Assembly (NCBI RefSeq): GCF_963921235.1
Contig: NC_086097.1
Coordinates: 196,418,001 to 196,482,000, forward strand
Direction: 5' to 3'
DNA length: 64,000 bases
Source: Mobula hypostoma
Lineage: Eukaryota
Shown here one piece after another: positions 38,089-49,685 of the stretch. The position numbers and the translations under genes are program-made. Below the pieces are notes generated by a model that was not told the DNA's origin, did not search any database, and saw only the letters and a program-made list of their open reading frames with translations. Numbering within the stretch: the stretch's first letter is position 1; each line of letters starts with the position of its first letter.

Positions 38089-39345
38089 AGAAGGTTGCAT
38101 ACATATTATAATTTATTAGAAATATGGCTTAAACCTGAAGAAAAACTAAGCTATTGAACTGACATTTAAAATAATATTAAACTAAAAATATACTTTGCTA
38201 TTTGCAATGTTACCAGAAAAACAAAACTAACTTTATCTCATTGTACAATGTAAAAACAAAGCTTGAATTAAATGCAGAATATTTTGCTGATGGTGACGAA
38301 ACAAGAGTTGTGATGAAGAAAGGTACTTAGGTATCCTTTTTATACAAATCACAAAAGAACAAGTGTATTCATACGGTAAAAATGTTAAAAGTGCAATCAA
38401 AATATAATTCTGTATCTCAAGAATCCTTACCAGTCATGATCAGCTGCAGTTGGATTACAACTGCATCCAGTTTTGAGTATCAGTCAGCAAAATTATATTG
38501 GCAAGTCCCCAGTATGATATCAATGTTTAATGGATTGATTATAGGACAGGAAGTATGATGTTGAGTTGTATTCAGGAATCTACAACAAGGCATCATCTTT
38601 TCAAACCTGACTCACAACAGTTCAGGATTGCAAAGTGAATGACAATCTGAAACTCATCCATCCCTCCTATCAGTCCTTTGGAGGCTGGGAGTTTCTGCAA
38701 TTTATTGAAACTTTCACACCAGGAGTAGCAAATTCCATGAAGGCTATCAAGGATGGATTTCAAGAATGGATAATGGGAGTTGAAATGATAAATCTTAAAA
38801 TGTAGAATTAAGAAATTCTTTTGAAAATTATTGATACTTTATGCAGTAAAATGTATTGATATATTTTTTACATTTTTAATATAGCAAATGCAAAAGAGAT
38901 AACAAAAGCTATCTTAAATTCTGTAACGTGTATCTGAGATAATAACTGTTTCTTTCTTCAGACAACCTTGCTGATTTTTGATCACTTCAAGCAATTTCCA
39001 TTTTTTTTTCAAAACCAGAGCAATGTATATGGAACTTTTTTTTTACATTGCTTCTAAATAGTTAGATAGCTGCAGCTGCCCCATGCACTAGTGAATTAAG
39101 ACAATGAAGAATAGAATTATCGTCTGAAACTTTAGGCTTCAGGTTGAATTCCCAGTCTCTCCTCAGTTGTCTAGCAAGCTGCCAGTTTCAGTACTTTGCA
39201 GATGAAATCACAAATGTACACTTATCTATCCTCACAGTGTCAAGGACAGAACAGTTTGTTGGCCACCGCAGATCTACTCCCATCCTCCGTCCCTTCTGAT
39301 TCTGCAGTTTAAATCAAAGTGTGAATAAAACCTAATGAATGGACC

Positions 39346-39832
39346 CTAAGGATGTGCTGACGTTGGAGAGGGTACAGAGAAGATTCACTAGAATGATTCC
39401 GGGAATGAGAGGGTTAACATATGAGGAATGTTTGTCCGCTCTTGGACTGTAATCCTTGGAGTTTAGAAGAATGAGGGGAGACCTCATAGAAACATTTCGA
39501 ATGTTAAAAGGCATGGACAGAGTGGATGTGGCAAAGTTGTTTCCCATGATGGGGGAGTCTAGTACGAGAGGGCATGACTTCAGGATTGAAGGGCGCCCTT
39601 TCAGAACAGAAATGCAAAAAAAATTTTTTAGTCAGAGGGTGGTGAATCTATGGAATTTGTTGCCACGGGCAGCAGTGGAGGTATCTGAGTAGCCAGGGCA
39701 TCAAAGGTTATGGTGAGAAGGCGGGGCAGTGGGACTAAATAGGATAAAATGGATCAGCTCGTGATAAAATGGCGGAGCAGACTCGATGGGCCGAATGGCC
39801 TACTTCTGCTCCTTTGTCTTATGGTCTTATGG
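39346..39832 (+). mobile_element. CR1 3' fragment
   Basis: ORF 39456-39692 reads EFRRMRGDLIETFRMLKG; cttatggtcttatgg tail. Confidence 0.9.
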
Positions 39833-39921
39833 ACCCCTGGTCCCCTATCCCCTGGCCTTTTTGAGAGTGGATTAAGAGTTTCTAATGTTTTTTTCCCCTT
39901 TGCTCATTGTGCAAAGCTTAC

Positions 39922-40149
39922 CTGTTCAGATCATATTGTACGTTTTGTGTCAGATCAACATTGAGGAATATAAAATCATGTATGTGGCAGCGAGAGAATG
40001 GAGTCCGCATTTTTCCAGCAGTCAGTTTGCTGTTCCACTTTTGAATCCCACAGAGTGCATAATGAGTAATCTTTGGTGTGGCTTCAATGTGTTGCATTAA
40101 GAACTTCAAGGAAACATTCTTTGTGGAAACCGCAGGTTCTTTAGTTTCA
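39922..40149 (-). CDS. GREB1L: GREB1L coding exon (228 bp, or 231 bp with the upstream AG)
   Basis: ttttaagcag|T ... AG|gtaag. Translates [26 protein letters not shown]...[25 protein letters not shown]. Confidence 0.94.
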
Positions 40150-41119
40150 CTGCTTAAAAGAAATGTCAGTTTGATTATTTTTCGCATGTATTTTCCTAAC
40201 ACCAGAACAGTTTTTACACAGAAATCATCCAAGTTTTATTTCTGTACTGTCTGTGAATTCTCAACAGTATGAAGTGCCTGTTTCATTTGCCTGTGTAAAA
40301 ATAAAAGTAATCCATTGACTAATTGTACTTAAACTTTCTTTTAGATATTAAAGGAGAACCAAGAGGCAGAATATATACTTGCAAATCTTATAGTCTTCAT
40401 TGTTGTTTAACACACTGATCATTCATTACCAAGTCCTGGAATCAATTCCATCCAAACCATAGGAATCAAAGTCTCTCTACTAGGCTGTCACAATGGCAAT
40501 AAATTTAAAGGCCTGGAAAATCGGTATCAAACTCCTTATGAATACAAGGCAACAGCACAAAACTGTGTCCAGTATTGTATGAACTTGACATTGTTGCCTG
40601 TGTTGGTGTTGGAGAAGGGAACAGTTTCATTGATGTACTAAAAGGATGGTATATAAAGTAGGATTGGATGCAAATTACTGATCTGGTTCTAATCTACTTG
40701 CCTCAGTCTTGTACAGATACTCAATTCAAAATCAGTGTTAGAAGGAAGTTTCCTAACTGATTTCACAAGCATGATATTATAACACAGTATCTACTGTCTG
40801 TGAATAACACTGTGCAAAGGCCATAGTGTTGATTCAATCAAGGTTATCAATACAGAAGTCATTTTAGAAAATTTTCCTCATGATACTGATGATGCATCAT
40901 TTATTTTCAATCTTACAATCATTAATTTTTATTTTGTGATTGCTAATCTGGGTAATATCAAACAGAGGGATAAACATCTTCCAGCGAGAGAATAACTAAC
41001 CATGAGAGTTAAGTCTTTTAGTTCAAAGGAGAACAAAGGAATTGATCAATTAAACGAATACAGAATGGCAGAGTAGCCAGCAACAGAAAAACAAAATGGA
41101 GCTTCTAAGGTACCACGTA

Positions 41120-44100
41120 CGGTGGCATGCAAAAGTTTGGGCACCCTGGTCAAAATTTCTGTTACTGCGAATAGCTAAGCGAGTAAAAGATGAACTGATT
41201 TCCAAAAGGCATAAAGTTAAAGATGACACATTTCTTTAATATTTCAAGCAAGATTACTTATTTTATTTCCATCTTTTACAGTTTCAAAATAACAAAAAAG
41301 GAAAAGGGCCCAAAGCAAATGTTTGGGCACCCTGCATGGTCAGTACTTAGTAACACCCACTTTGGCACTATCACAGCTTGTAAACGCTTTCTGTAGCCAG
41401 CCAAGAATCTTTCAATTCTTGTCTGGGGGATTTTCGCCCATTCTTCCTGGCAAAAGGCTTCTAGTTCTGTGAGATTCTTGGACCGTCTTGCATGCACTGC
41501 TCTTTTGAAGTCTTTCCACAGATTTTCGATGATGTTTAGGTCGGGGGACTGTGAGGGCCATGGCAAAACCTTCAACTTGCGCTCTTGAGGTTGTCCATTG
41601 TGGATTTTGAGGTGTGTTTAGGATCATTACCCTGTTGTAGAAGCCATCCTCTTTTCATTGTCAGCTTTTTTTACAGACGGTGTGATGTTTGCTTCCAGAA
41701 TTTGCTGGTATTTAATTGAATTCATTCTTCCCTCTACCAGTGAAATGTTTCCCGTGCCACTGGCTGCAACACAAACTCAAAGCATGATTGATCCATCCCC
41801 GCGCTTAACAGTTGGAGAAGTGTTCTCCTCATGAAATTCTGCACCCTTTTTTCTCCAAACATACCTTTGCTCATTGCGGCCAAAAAGTTCTATTTTAACT
41901 TCATCAGTCCACAAGACTTGCTTTCAAAATGCATCAGGCTTGTTTAGATGTTCCTTTGCAAACTTCTGACGCTGAATGTTGTGGTGAGGATGCAGGAAAG
42001 GTTTTCTTCTGATGACTCTTCCATGAAGGCCATATTTGTGCAGGTGTCCAGAGTCTGCTACATCTTCCTGAAGGTCTTTTGCAGTCAAACGGGGGTTTTC
42101 ATTTGCCTTTCTAGCAATCCTACGAGCAGCTCTCTCAGAAAATTTTCTTGGGCTTCCAGACCTCAACTTGACCTCCACCAATCCTGTTAACTGCCATTTC
42201 TTAATTACATTACGAACTGAGGAAACAGCTACCTGAAAATGCTTTGTTATCTTCTTATAGACTTCTCCTGCAAATCCAGGGCAAAAATCAAAAAGGGCCA
42301 CTTTTCAACATAATTGTATAAGGGCTAAGAGTGTTGTAAAAGCAAGCCTGAAGGCTTTGTGTGTCACTGCAAGGAGCATTCGTAACAAGGTGGATGAATT
42401 AAAAGTGCAGATTGTTATTAATGAAAATGATATAGTTGGGATCACAGAGACATGGCTCCAGGGTGACCAAGGATGGGAGCTCAACATTCAGGGATATTCA
42501 ATATTCAGGAGGGATGGACATGAAAGAAAAGGAGGTGGGGTAGCGTTGCTGGTTAGAGAGGAGATTAGCACAATAGAAAGGAAGGACATTAGCCGGGAGG
42601 ATGTGGAATCGATATGGGTAGAGCTGCATAACACTGAGGGGCAGAAAACGCTGGTGGGAGTTGTGTACAGGCCACCTAACAGTAGTAGTGAGGTTGGGGA
42701 TGGTATTAAACAGGAACTTAGAAATGCGTGCAATAAAGGAACAGCAGTTATAATGGGTGACTTCATCAACATATAGATTGGGTGAACCAAATTGGTAAGG
42801 GTGCTGAGGAAGAGGATTTCTTGGAATGTATGCGGGATGGTTTTTTTGAACCAACATGTCGAGGAACCAACTAGAGAACAGGCCATTCTAGACTGGGTAT
42901 TGAGCAATGAGGAAGGGTTAATTAGCAATCTTGTCGTGAGAGGCCCCTTGGGTAAGAGTGACCATAATATGGTGGAATTCTTCATTAAGATGGAGAGTGA
43001 CATAGTTAATTCAGAAACAAAGGTTCTGAACTTAAAGAGGGGTAACTTTGAAGGTATGTGACGTGAATTAGCTAAGGTATACTGGCAAATGACACATAAA
43101 GGGTTGACGGTGGATCTGCAATGGCAAGCATTTAAAGATCACATGGATGAACTACAACAATTGTTCATCCCAGTTGGCAAAAGAATAAATCAGGGAAGGT
43201 AGTGCACCAGTGGCTGACAAGGGAAATTAGGGATAGTATCAATTCCAAAGAAGAAGCATACAAATTAGTCAGAAAGGGTGGCTCACCTGAGGACTGGGAG
43301 AAATTCAGAGTCCAGCAGAGGAGGACAGAGGGCTTAATTAGGAAAGGGAAAAAAGATTATGAGAGAAAACTGGCAGGGAACATAAAAACAGACTGTAAAA
43401 GCTTTTATAGATATGTGAAAAGAAAAAGACTGGCTAAGACAAATGTAGGTCCCCTACAGACAGAAACAGGTGAATTGATTATGGGGAGCAAGGACATGGC
43501 AGACCAATTGAATAACTACTTTGGTTCTGTCTTCACTAAGGAGGACATAAATAATCTTCCGGAAATAATAGGGGACAGAGGGTCTAGTGAGATGGAGAAA
43601 CTGAGGAAAATACATGTTAGTAGGGAAGTGGTGTTAGGTAAATTGAAGGGATTAAAGGCAGATAAATCCCCAGGGCCACATGGTCTGCATCCCAGAGTGC
43701 TTAAGGAAGTAGCCCAAGAAATAGAGGATGCATTAGTGATAATTTTTCAAAACTCTTTAGATTCTGGACTAGTTCCTGAGGATTGGAGGGTCGCTAATAT
43801 AACCCCACTTTTTAAAAAAGGAGGGAGAGAGAAACTGGGGTATTATAGACCAGTTAGCCTAACATCGGTGGTGGGGAAAATGCTAGAGTCAGTTATCAAA
43901 GATGTGATAACAGCACATTTGGAAAGCGGTGAAATCATCGGACAACGTCAGCATGGATTTGTGAAAGGAAAATCATGTCTGACGAATCTCACAGAATTTT
44001 TTGAGGATGTAACTAGTAGAGTGGATAGGGGAGAACCAGTGGATGTGGTATATTTGGATTTTCAAAAGGCTTTTGACAAGGTCCCACACAGGAGATTAGT

Positions 44101-45663
44101 GTGCAAACTCAAAGCACACGGTATTGTGGGCAAGGTATTGATGTGGATAGAGAATTGGTTGGCAGACAGGAAGCAAAGAGTGGGAATAAACAGGACCTTT
44201 TCAGAATGGCAGGCAGTGACTCGTGGGGTACTGCAAGGTTCAGTGCTGGGACCCCAGTTGTTTACAATATATATTAATGACTTAGATGAGGGAATTAAAT
44301 GCAGCATCTCCAAGTTTGCGGATGACATGAAGCTGGGCGGCAGTGTTAGCTGTGAGGAGGATGCTAAGAGGATGCAGGGTGACTTGGATTGGTTAGGTGA
44401 GTGGGCAAATTCATGGCAGATGCAGATTAATGTGGATAAATGTGAGGTTATCCACTTTGGTGGCAAAAATAGGAAAACAGATTATTATCTGAATGGTGGC
44501 CGATTAGGAAAACTGGAGGTGCAACGAGACCTGGGTGTCATTATACACCAGTCATTGAATGTGGGCATGCAGGTACAGCAGGCGATGAAAAAGGCGAATG
44601 GTATGCTGGCATTCGAGTACAGGAGCAGGGAGGTACTACTGCAGTTGTACAAGGCCTTGGTGAGACCACACCTGGAGTACTGTGTGCAGTTTTGGTCCCC
44701 TAATCTGAGGAAAGACATCCTTGCCATAGAGGGAGTACAAAGAAGGTTCACCAGATTGATTCCTGGGATGGCAGGACTTTCACATGATTAAAGACTGGAT
44801 CGACTAGGCTTATATTCATTGGAATTTAGAAGATTGAGGGGGGATCTTATTGAAATGTATAAAATCCTAAAAGAATTGGACAGGCTAGATGCAGGAAGAT
44901 TGTTCCCGATGTTGGGGAAGTCCAGAATGAGGGGTCACAGTTTGAGGATAAAGGGGAAGCCTTTTAGGACCGAGATTAGGAAAAACTTCTTCACACAGAG
45001 AGTGGTGAATCTGTGGAATTCTCTGCCACAGGAAACAGTTGAGGCCAGTTCACTGGCGATATTTAAGAGGGAGTTAGATATGGCCCTTGCGGCTAAAGGG
45101 ATCAGGGGGTATGGAAGGAAGGCTGGTACAGGGTTCTGAGTTGGATGATCAGCCATGATCATACTGAATGGCGGTGCAGGCTCGAAGGGCCTACTCCTGC
45201 ACCTATTTTCTATGTTTCTATGCTTTATGGGCATCATTTATTTTAATTTTCAGAGTGCTAGGCAGCTGCTTAGAGGAGCCCATAGCTGCTGATTGTTGGG
45301 ACAAGGTTTGAGGAGTCAGGGTACTTGTAAAGCTTTGAAATTTGCATCACCTGGCCTTTCCTAACAATGACTGTGAACAAGCCATAGCCCTAACAAGCTA
45401 ATTAAGGGCTGAGACCTTGGTAAAAGTTATCTGAGAGCTCAAATCTCTTGGGGTGCCCAAATTTTTACATGGTGCTCCTTTCCTTTTTTTCACTCTAAAA
45501 TTGTACAAAACAAAAATAATTCACTAATCTTGCTTAAAATGTTGAAAAGAATGTTTCATCTTTAACTTTATGACTTTTGAAGATCAGTTCATCTTCTACT
45601 CACTTAACTATTCACAGTAACAGAAATTTTGACCAGGGGTGCCCAAACTTTTGCATACCACTG
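41120..45663 (-). mobile_element. Tc1 transposon with both long inverted repeats; decayed transposase (45283 to 41340) split by a CR1
   Basis: TA|cggtggcatgcaaaagtttgggcaccc ... gggtgcccaaacttttgcataccactg|TA. Peptides MGSSKQL, SSVRNVIKKW and WPSQSPDLNIIENLW. Confidence 0.92.
42272..45220 (+). mobile_element. CR1 LINE (family A), near-complete but disrupted ORF2
   Basis: ARSIRNK/GITETWL endonuclease through RT (ORF 43202-44791) to the ttctatgtttcta tail. Closely similar to 219-2780, with several stops and frameshifts. Confidence 0.95.
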
Positions 45664-45765
45664 TAACTGCTGACTTGGGGGATACTTGCAAAGCTTGAGA
45701 TCAGTCATAGCCTCTCAAAAAGCTGTCTGCGGACATGAAAACAGTGCCACATTCACCTTTCTCAC

Positions 45766-45931
45766 CTGGGCAATTCCTGCATATTATGAAGATTCCAAAG
45801 GACACAAGAGTCATCCATGACCAGTATAAATGGCCAAACACACTGTCGCTTGACTCCTATCTCTTCCTGCCGATTTCTTTCCAATTCCAAGTTGTGGTAT
45901 GAAAGCTCTTTGATTAGAAAGTGGGCAGCAC
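45766..45931 (-). CDS. GREB1L: GREB1L coding exon (166 bp)
   Basis: cttcag|GT ... AG|gtgag. Translates [54 protein letters not shown]. Confidence 0.95.
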
Positions 45932-46194
45932 CTGAAGGGGTCACACACACATATCAATGCTCAATACATAATGTCGTTTTCCTCCACAATTCCAGAGGAA
46001 AAAAAATATAATTTTAAGCTGAAAGTCAATTTTAAAATAATTTAGTTACACTCATATCAATTCAACTTCACAGCATGTAATTGTTATTAACTATACTTGT
46101 TAAGCTTTCTTTATTTCTTAACACATTATTATACATATAGAGTAAGTGTTAATCAAATGGCCATGTAGGGAAGGATATCAGAGGTTATGGAAAC

Positions 46195-46580
46195 AATCAT
46201 CTTCTTCATGATTGAGGATGACTTACTTCCACTCCAATTGGGCATTGATGGGACAGGTGATAGCTGATGGGCATTCCTTTTACTGCTAATGCAGGGCTTC
46301 TATAGCCTTCATTTTCTCAATAACATCCTGAATATTCCTTCCCTGCTTTGAATAGTTAGAGGTGCAGATTCCCAGTAATTTTTGAGGATGTTGCAATTTT
46401 TAAAGGAGGTTTTGAGCACACCTTTCTCCCCTGCCTGCTTGGTAATCTCTCCTCAAGGCAAAGCTTGAAATAAGTTGTCAGTTCCAGAAGACCAATGCTG
46501 GGCATCTGAACAACATGGCCTACCCAATATAGCCAATCAAATGCAACCATGGCTTCAGTGCTCTAAATGTTGGCCTGACA
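46195..46580 (-). mobile_element. RTE (BovB-like) LINE 3' fragment, decayed
   Basis: ORF 46356-46550 (-) reads LYWVGHVVQMP, matching the RTE LRWxGHVxRM motif. Confidence 0.65.
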
Positions 46581-47287
46581 TTACTCTGTTTATTCCTCTA
46601 TCAAAAAACATGAATTGATGTTCCAAAGCTGCCCAAGGTTGATAATTTCAGGCTAGATCTGGAATAAAATATTTAGAAGAATTAAGTGACACTAAAGTGC
46701 TTTGCACGGAAATTGGTATTAACAAATTCCTCTATTACCAGAAAATTCATTTGGCATTGGGTGTGATTTTTCAGGTTTCACTGAAAAATGTGAAGGAATG
46801 TTTGCATTAATTTTCTCCTGTTACTTTACTATTTGATCTAAAATTATCCCTATCCAACTGTGGGCCAAATGAACTGACTTGCCCACTAAGAGACAACTAG
46901 TGAGGCTCAGCAAGGCCACGGTGGGGACTCAATCCCAGCCAATCTATCATCGAGCTTTGACAGGCATTGGAGGATATGAAAACAAAAGATCGGACTTTTG
47001 CCAGAGTCTGAGAAGGTCTTGTAACAAAATTCATAAATTTGATTTTCTATTAATTTGATTTTCTCACAAGAGGAAACAACTTCTCTATATCCAATCTGTC
47101 AGAGACCTGTTTGTCTTTTCAAGACCTTTCTCACTTCATAATCTGCAGTGAACTCAAACCAAGGCCATTCAACCTTTCCTCATAAAACAACCACACCCAT
47201 TCAAGGTATTAATTCAATAAACCTTTCCTGAACTGCTTCCTACACAATAACATGCTTCCTTAAATAAAGAGTCCAATACTGTATATA

Positions 47288-47420
47288 GTAACAAATAACC
47301 TGCTGGAGGAATCAGTGGGTTGCGCAGCATCTGTGGCGGGAATTGTCAATGACTCAGGAACTCCTTTCCTTCCACAGAGGTTCCTTGACCCACTGAGTTT
47401 CTCCAGCAGATTGGTTGTTT
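47288..47420. mobile_element. Small degenerate Penelope-terminus hairpin
   Basis: ctgctggagga.tcagtgggt ... acccactgagtttctccagcag inverted pair. Confidence 0.55.
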
Positions 47421-48333
47421 GTTGCCTCCCGGGTGCCAGGGTCCGGGATGTCTCTGACCGGGTGCACGACATCCTGGTACAAGAGGGAAAGCAACCAGAA
47501 GTAGTGATACATGTTGGGACCAACGACATAGGCAGGAAGAGGGATGAGGTCCTGAAGTGTGAGTTTCGGGAATTAGGCAGAAGGCTGAAGAACAGGACCT
47601 CAAGGGTGACGTTCTCAGGATTACTGCCAGTGCTACGTGACAGTGATGGTAAGAATTGGAGGAGATGGCATTTGAATGCGTGGCTGAGGAGTTGGTGCAG
47701 GGAGCAGGGTTTTAGATTTTTAGATCATTGGGATCTCTTCTAGGGAGGGTGGGACCTGTACAGATTGGATGGGTTGCACCTGAACTCGAGGGGGAGCAAT
47801 ATCCTTGCAGGTAGGTTTGCTAGCATGGTTCGGGAGGGTTTAAACTAATTTGCGAGGGGGATGGGACCCAGAGCAATAGAGCAGTGAAAGAAGTGCATGG
47901 AGTAAAGCCAGATCTAACATACAGAGTGGCTTTGAGGAAAGAGAAGCAGAATAAATGGTGTAACGACAGTAAGGTAGAAGGGCTGAAATATGTGTACCTC
48001 AATGCAAGAAGCATCAGGAACAAAGGTGATGAACTGCGAGCTTGGATACATACATGGAATTATGATGTAGTGGGACGTTGCAAATATGGCTGTCAAGATT
48101 GTGATGCTTTCCACTTGCTCACACAAGATGCAGTCGAGACACGCCAAATGCAATTCCATCTCTGCCTAATGCATTTTTTATTTTATTAAAATTTATATTT
48201 TTAATCAAATTGATTTGTCCTTTTTAATGGTGGCGTAAGGAGAAGGTCTCTCGACAAAAAAGGTAAACCGCCCCAAAATCGAATTTAGACAAATACTTAA
48301 TATTGCATAACTATATTAATAAAAGGGGCAAGG

Positions 48334-49321
48334 ATGATATCTAAGAACAAGATTAAAAAGTCCGCTCCGAAGGCTGATAAACATAAAGAGATGCAGCAAG
48401 GCGACGGGCCTAGCTCCCCCACGGCAAGCCAGGACGGAGGTAATGAGGGGGAAATCGGTGACTCTGTCTTTGATTCTCGGAGAGATTCGCGAGTTCCGAC
48501 GAGATAACAGCAAACAGCTGGAAGATATTAAAGGAGAAATAGTAAAAACTAACTAGCGGATAGATGAAGCCGAAGCGAGGATTGTTGGAATTGAAGAGAA
48601 GCTACAAAACGCCGAGGAAGTGATAGCAGAAATGCTGAAGCTGCAAGACCAACTCCAGTGGAAACTAATAGATCAAGAAGGCCGCTCGAGAAGGGAAAAT
48701 GTGAGGATCTACGGAGTTCCCGAAGGAACCGAAGGTAAACCCGGATTGATGATTCCCTTCATAGAGAAGCTGCTTAGAGAGAACCTTGATATTCCGGCCG
48801 CAAAAGACCTACAGATAGAAAGGGCTTACCGCGCGTTGGCACCACAGCCTCCAACAGGCGCCCAGCCCAGATCGATTCTGGTCAGATTTCTCAGTTACAG
48901 AACGAAGGAAGAGGTGCTTAAACGGGCATGGCAAAAGAAAGGTTTCATGTGGAACAACTGCAAAATCAGTTTAGACCACGATTACGCACCGGGGATTCTT
49001 GCCAGACGGAAGGAATATACAGAAACGTGGAGAGTCCTGAAGGAAAACAACATCAGATTCCAGTCCCTGTATCCAGCTCGGCTGAGAGTCTTTTACGACA
49101 AAGGGACAAAAACTTACGCTACAGCGGAGGAGGCAACGTCGGACCTGGCGGACTGGGGACTACCTATTAAAGTTATCACCCAACCGGAGTCGCTATTGGA
49201 GAGGATTCGGCAGAAGTCGTGGCAGTTAGTGGGGCGAGGACGCTCCACTCGAACCAGAGTGTCAAACTACAAGGAAAAGCTGCAAATATTCAGAGGCGAA
49301 TGTACAGAGAATACAGATTAA
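48334..49321 (+). pseudogene. L1 ORF1 (coiled coil-RRM-CTD) with two lesions
   Basis: EGRSRRENVRIYGVPEG, IERAYRA, PRSILVRF and LYPARLRV motifs. Frameshift near 48447-48454 and in-frame TAG at 48554-48556. Confidence 0.85.
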
Positions 49322-49685
49322 TTAAGAGAAATGACTGAAAAGAGTAAATCGGACTTAAAGGTAAAATGAAAACTGGTAACTGAAAATAAACTAGGCGGAA
49401 TAACTTGAATGATAGCAACTTGGTCGAGACATAAATAGGAGAAAATTCTCTTACGATTATTCAGACTGCTGAGGGCCCTCTAACACAGGGTGAACATAGA
49501 GGTTATCCCTCTGAACTGAGGCGGGTCGGTGCTCAGGCCTCACTGTGGGAAGTCGGGAAAAATTTTCAAATGTTACAAGTTCAAAAATGTCTAGGGTGTG
49601 GTTATATGTCTTGGTTTACTGTTGAGAAGGGATTGCTTACTGTTTGGTTAGAAAAGAAGAGTGTTTTTTTTTCTACTAGAGAAAA

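Noticed and set aside
40400..40620. Possible extra GREB1L exon (ttacc donor-like site at about 40426)
   Set aside because: The flanking exons already join in frame and match the known protein continuously.
47315..47743. SGNH hydrolase ORF as a cellular esterase gene
   Set aside because: It is the CR1 ORF1 esterase domain, directly upstream of CR1 ORF2, and has a premature stop.
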